Origin: Candidatus Latescibacterota bacterium
GTDB lineage: Bacteria > Latescibacterota > UBA2968 > UBA8231
Assembly: GCA_965208105.1 (NCBI GenBank)
Contig: OZ242318.1
Coordinates: forward strand, 3,840,001-3,904,000
Direction of reading: 5' to 3'
DNA: 64,000 nucleotides
Both the position numbers and the translations under genes were made by a program. The notes beneath the pieces are model-generated. The model saw only the letters and a list, made by a program, of their open reading frames with translations, searched no databases and was not told the origin of the DNA. Positions 60,725 through 64,000 of this stretch are shown in pieces (the first letter of the stretch is position 1; each line of letters begins with the position of its first letter).

Positions 60725-61090
60725 TTAAGCATAAACTCGCATATTTTTTGCCGTTGCTTGAAAAGGGAAAGGAATTTTGTCAGAAGTGGGGAAAGTATAA
60801 TCTGCATGCATATGCTGAGCTACATTAAACTTATCCCGAAAAATATCGGGAGCAGGTTTAAAGTCCGAAAGCGGAACCTTGTTTTTCTGAATATCTAACA
60901 TTGCTTGGCAAGTAAGGACGGAAGCGAATCTATTAATTGCCTCTATTTGGGTCCGTCCTTGTGCGGCTATGTCGTGCTCAAGACCTTGCACGATCCAGCC
61001 GTCATATCCATGTGACAGGCTTATTTCTCTAAAAACAAGGACATTAAGCCCAATCTCATGATGTTGTTGCACCATGCCACGCTCCTCCAT
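60725..61090 (-). CDS. HicB-like fold protein, possible antitoxin
   Basis: WIVQGLEHDIAAQGRT--EA---F motif; 13 bp upstream of the HicA-like gene. Confidence 0.55.
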   Translation of the reverse strand: MEERGMVQQHHEIGLNVLVFREISLSHGYDGWIVQGLEHDIAAQGRTQIEAINRFASVLTCQAMLDIQKNKVPLSDFKPAPDIFRDKFNVAQHMHADYTFPTSDKIPFPFQATAKNMRVYA

Positions 61091-61244
61091 GTGATGGGTT
61101 GTTTTTACATAGTTTGCCTACTGCTCCTCCTTTCTTTGGCTTCCCGCAAATTTTCTCTTAGGAAATGAACTTAATAATTGGGCCTGCCAATAGCAAACCT
61201 TTAGCGCCAGAACGATCAACAAATTTACATTTTCGTTCCACAGA

Positions 61245-61754
61245 TCATTCATTGACTAGTATGTCCTCCCCCCTGCAATGGGCATCTTCGTCTGCTGTAG
61301 TTCCTCCTTCTTCAAGAAGCACCATGCAATCCTCGAACATGATGTAGCTTTGCTCAAAGACGCGACAGCAGGACCATTCTACGGCCCATTCTTTGACGCC
61401 TATATCACGGCCTTTGTATTCGTGAATGACAATGCGGACAGAGTTTTTTGTCTGTCTCTCCCAGGTTCCTTTTGAAAGAGAGAGTAGAAAAAGGCTGGCA
61501 TCCTCCCTTCTGTAAATGCGTTTATAGGTCCATGTCTCAGGTCCTATAATTCGCACTCCCATGTAACCCGTATTGCCTTCCGTGGAATCGTAGACCCAAG
61601 TTCCTACAAGCTCATCCGGTTCTTCAGCTGGACCTGGATCGATTGAGACTTGGGGCTGCTCAGGTTCTACGGTTGGACATACCAGCGTGTCGCCGGAACA
61701 TCCAACCCCAAGAAAACACATCAGGGTAAATATGTGGGGGATTGGCTTGCGCAT
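61245..61754 (-). CDS. Hypothetical lipoprotein
   Basis: RBS AGGAGGAGG, lipobox GVGC, ELVGTW (lipocalin-like start). Confidence 0.72.
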   Translation of the reverse strand: MRKPIPHIFTLMCFLGVGCSGDTLVCPTVEPEQPQVSIDPGPAEEPDELVGTWVYDSTEGNTGYMGVRIIGPETWTYKRIYRREDASLFLLSLSKGTWERQTKNSVRIVIHEYKGRDIGVKEWAVEWSCCRVFEQSYIMFEDCMVLLEEGGTTADEDAHCRGEDILVNE

Positions 61755-62422
61755 AGCCTCCTCCTGGCAAAGGATGAGAGTAATAGAGCGCAGGCGGCAA
61801 AACCTGCGCTCCTGCTACTATGCACAATGCAGAACTTTAACCTCTAAACAGCTCGCCGCAAGGGCTGCAACGAACAAGAGAAAGCTGTTGGCAAGTGTCC
61901 TGAGAGAAACACAAAATAAGCCGGGCACTTGCCAACACTCTCGCAATTGATACGGGACTGTTCCAGTGTATTTACCCTGCCCTCAGGAGCGACCTGAAGA
62001 CGTAATAGGCTATTCTATTTCACCGGATACCCGACAGATACCAGGGGTTGCAGAGAGCATTGGCGAAGAGAAGATACGGAGAGCTAAAAAGAGAGGCAAG
62101 AACTTGATTTTTAGACCAGAACTCTCGTTCTTCTACCAATATAAAGGCCAGGGCTTGGAGGAACCCTGGCCTCAGTGACTCCTTCACGAGAAAGGAGGTG
62201 GTGCGAAATGGGCCGAAACCGTGCCGTCAGTGATAGCATAGCTTCGGTTATGTAGAGAAGCCCCGCTGGAAAAGGAATTTTTTCTGGCGGGGCTTCCAAT
62301 ATAAGCAAACCATCCCACCTAGAACAAATCCCACCGACCAAAAAATAAAGCCTATTTCTACTAATTGTGAAAAATTTCACCATCTAAGATGCTACCTATC
62401 TGAGGAATTTGTACTCTCCATT

Positions 62423-62809
62423 ATGCTGGACTTAAATTGCCTTGGCAATGGCCGTCCGGCTATCACACCAAACTTCGGCATGGCACTGGCAGAGGCCGGA
62501 GGCGTATGCTTGGAATCATAGAACCACGCACCGGGTGTCCAACTTCGCGTCCGAGGATACAGTAACAGATGCTATTTTTTGGACTGGCCTCCAGTTACTG
62601 AGCAGACCCTCAGATGCTGGAATGACCATGAGGTTGCCACTGAACATGGCGCGATGGGTATCGCGGTTTTGCTAGCACAGAAGGAGACCGGTTACACAGT
62701 GATTGAGCGTTCACGGAAAGGTACTGGCTTTGACTACTGGATGGGAGACGTATCAGCTTGGCTTGGATTAATACTTCATGATTTGCCGACCCAAAAAAAA
62801 ATCAAATAG
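62423..62809 (+). pseudogene. Disrupted conserved hypothetical gene (possibly PD-(D/E)xK-like)
   Basis: One frame from ATG 62423 with premature TAG at 62519-62521, continuing to ATEHGA..IERSRKGTGFDYWMG, then degenerating. Confidence 0.55.
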
Positions 62810-62978
62810 CCTGAATTAAAGGAACTATAGGCCAACGGCCTCACTAAACTATGACCCAAATCGACCCGACGGGCCTCATGGGTCCGGCCTCTGCGAAAGG
62901 TTGGTTTCGCGCTTGTGACATCCGATCCAGCAGGAAAGTAGCGGCTCTGGTGATAGAACGACCTTCGTTTTCACTCTC

Positions 62979-64000
62979 GTGAACCTTTCCGACGACAATT
63001 CCCGCGAGTCCCTGACGAGCCAACAGCGCAATCTGCTGCTGGCCGAGCCGGTGGCGCGACTTTCCCTCGAGCGGCGGGTGATTTTCAAGGACGATCCGAC
63101 GATCGCCGACCAACTGGATGTCCAGTATCTGGCGCTGAGCGCGATCGACTTCGTCATGGAACGCTCTGCTGTAGAATCCGGTGCTTCGCCTGATGAAATC
63201 GTCGAGCACGTTGCCGCCGAAGCGACGCGGGTGAAGCCGGGCTTGACCGACGGGCAGAGCCGCAAGGTCGGTCAGGTGGTTCTCGACTATCTCGCCAACG
63301 AACGGGACGGGCACAAGGCGTTCCGCGTCGAGTACTACGATGCCGGTCGAGGCCGCTATTCGTTTCACGACTTCCGGCTGTTGGCCCTGTCCGTCGCCGC
63401 CGACGGATCACCCAGGTACAAGCTGGCCCCCGGGGCACAGATCCTGACGCTCGCGATGCTCGATGTGGCGCCCGAGTTCGCGCAGGAGGCCGAGGCGATC
63501 ATGATCCGAAAGGCGGTCGAACGCGGCCGATTCAAGGATGCGCGAACTCTCGCCCAACGCGCACGCATGCGCTCGATCCACTATCAACAGTTCATTGAAG
63601 ACCGGCTGTTTCAGGTCCGGCGCGCCGCAGACCGCATTGTCTGGAGCGAGGAGGTGCTGCCCGAGCTTGACGAGGCCCGCACGCATCTGAGCGAACGTCG
63701 CAAGCATGAAACCGCAATCATCGAATCAATCCGGGAGCATGTAGCGAATGCACGCGGCGACACGCGGGATCACCTCGTCGATCTCAAGAACACGATCGAC
63801 GAATGCCGCCAGCGTCATGCATCCCTTTTCGAACGCGTCATGACCGCGTCGGAAGAGTTCCGCCGGATTCAGACGAACGCGTTCCGGGCGCGCCGTACGC
63901 AAAACGTGCCCGATCTGGAGGAGCGAATTCTCCTTCCTCTGCTTGGCTCGCCGATGAGAGCGGTCTCCGGCATGAGCGACGAGATCGGAATCGTCTTTGC
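62979..64000 (+). CDS. Wadjet JetA/MksF-like protein (type III-like), runs off the window
   Basis: Open frame absent from the ORF track; FRLL...YKL...MLDV...AQEAEA-MIRKAVERGRFKDA--LAQRARMRSI-Y...W-EEVLP-LDEA--H. Confidence 0.6.
   Translation, partial: MNLSDDNSRESLTSQQRNLLLAEPVARLSLERRVIFKDDPTIADQLDVQYLALSAIDFVMERSAVESGASPDEIVEHVAAEATRVKPGLTDGQSRKVGQVVLDYLANERDGHKAFRVEYYDAGRGRYSFHDFRLLALSVAADGSPRYKLAPGAQILTLAMLDVAPEFAQEAEAIMIRKAVERGRFKDARTLAQRARMRSIHYQQFIEDRLFQVRRAADRIVWSEEVLPELDEARTHLSERRKHETAIIESIREHVANARGDTRDHLVDLKNTIDECRQRHASLFERVMTASEEFRRIQTNAFRARRTQNVPDLEERILLPLLGSPMRAVSGMSDEIGIVF

Larger units (their letters stand above)
59482..62369 (+). mobile_element. IS1595-family element with passenger genes (2888 bp)
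   Basis: Imperfect 22-bp IRs (59482-59503 / 62348-62369, 15 of 22 complementary); 8-bp direct repeat AAAAATTT at 59474-59481 and 62370-62377; transposase; low-GC cargo. Confidence 0.78.

Noticed and set aside
62844-63707. Minus-strand ORFs in the track
   Set aside because: Antisense to the long + strand JetA-like frame

Overview
GC-rich Gram-negative bacterial DNA. The gene content (several PhyH dioxygenases, GH32-like propellers, DUF4159/FlgD-Ig paralogues, WD40/ankyrin/TPR proteins) resembles Latescibacterota/Poribacteria-type host-associated marine bacteria; this is inference only. (1) 1-9.7 kb: end of a TonB-dependent receptor, catabolic genes and a DD-carboxypeptidase. (2) ~9.85-37.6 kb: a 28-kb, entirely + strand envelope locus built from repeated modules: CARDB-like lipoprotein (x6, one frameshifted), membrane-anchored DUF4159 protein (x4), discoidin/FlgD-Ig protein (x3) and ~880-aa Asp-rich putative outer-membrane protein (x3), plus single TPR, ExbB, truncated ExbD and lipoprotein genes. 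Three DUF4159 copies are nearly identical in DNA except for four hypervariable patches, and short gene scars mark several module junctions. This is the best candidate for an undescribed, diversifying Ton/Tol-like surface machine. (3) 37.7-58.5 kb: tRNA-Val(GAC), peptide ABC transporter with duplicated binding proteins, CocE hydrolase, low-GC WD40 lipoprotein, ppx, ankyrin gene, orphan higA with a higB scar, tandem-domain PhyH, DUF1028. (4) 58.5-64 kb: decayed defence-island-like region with a DUF499-like relic, a 2.9-kb IS1595-family element (imperfect IRs, 8-bp target duplication) carrying a HicB/HicA-like pair, a lipoprotein and a structured small-ORF leader, then a pseudogene and the start of a Wadjet JetA-like gene. 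All family assignments come from motif recognition by eye; no database searches were run.
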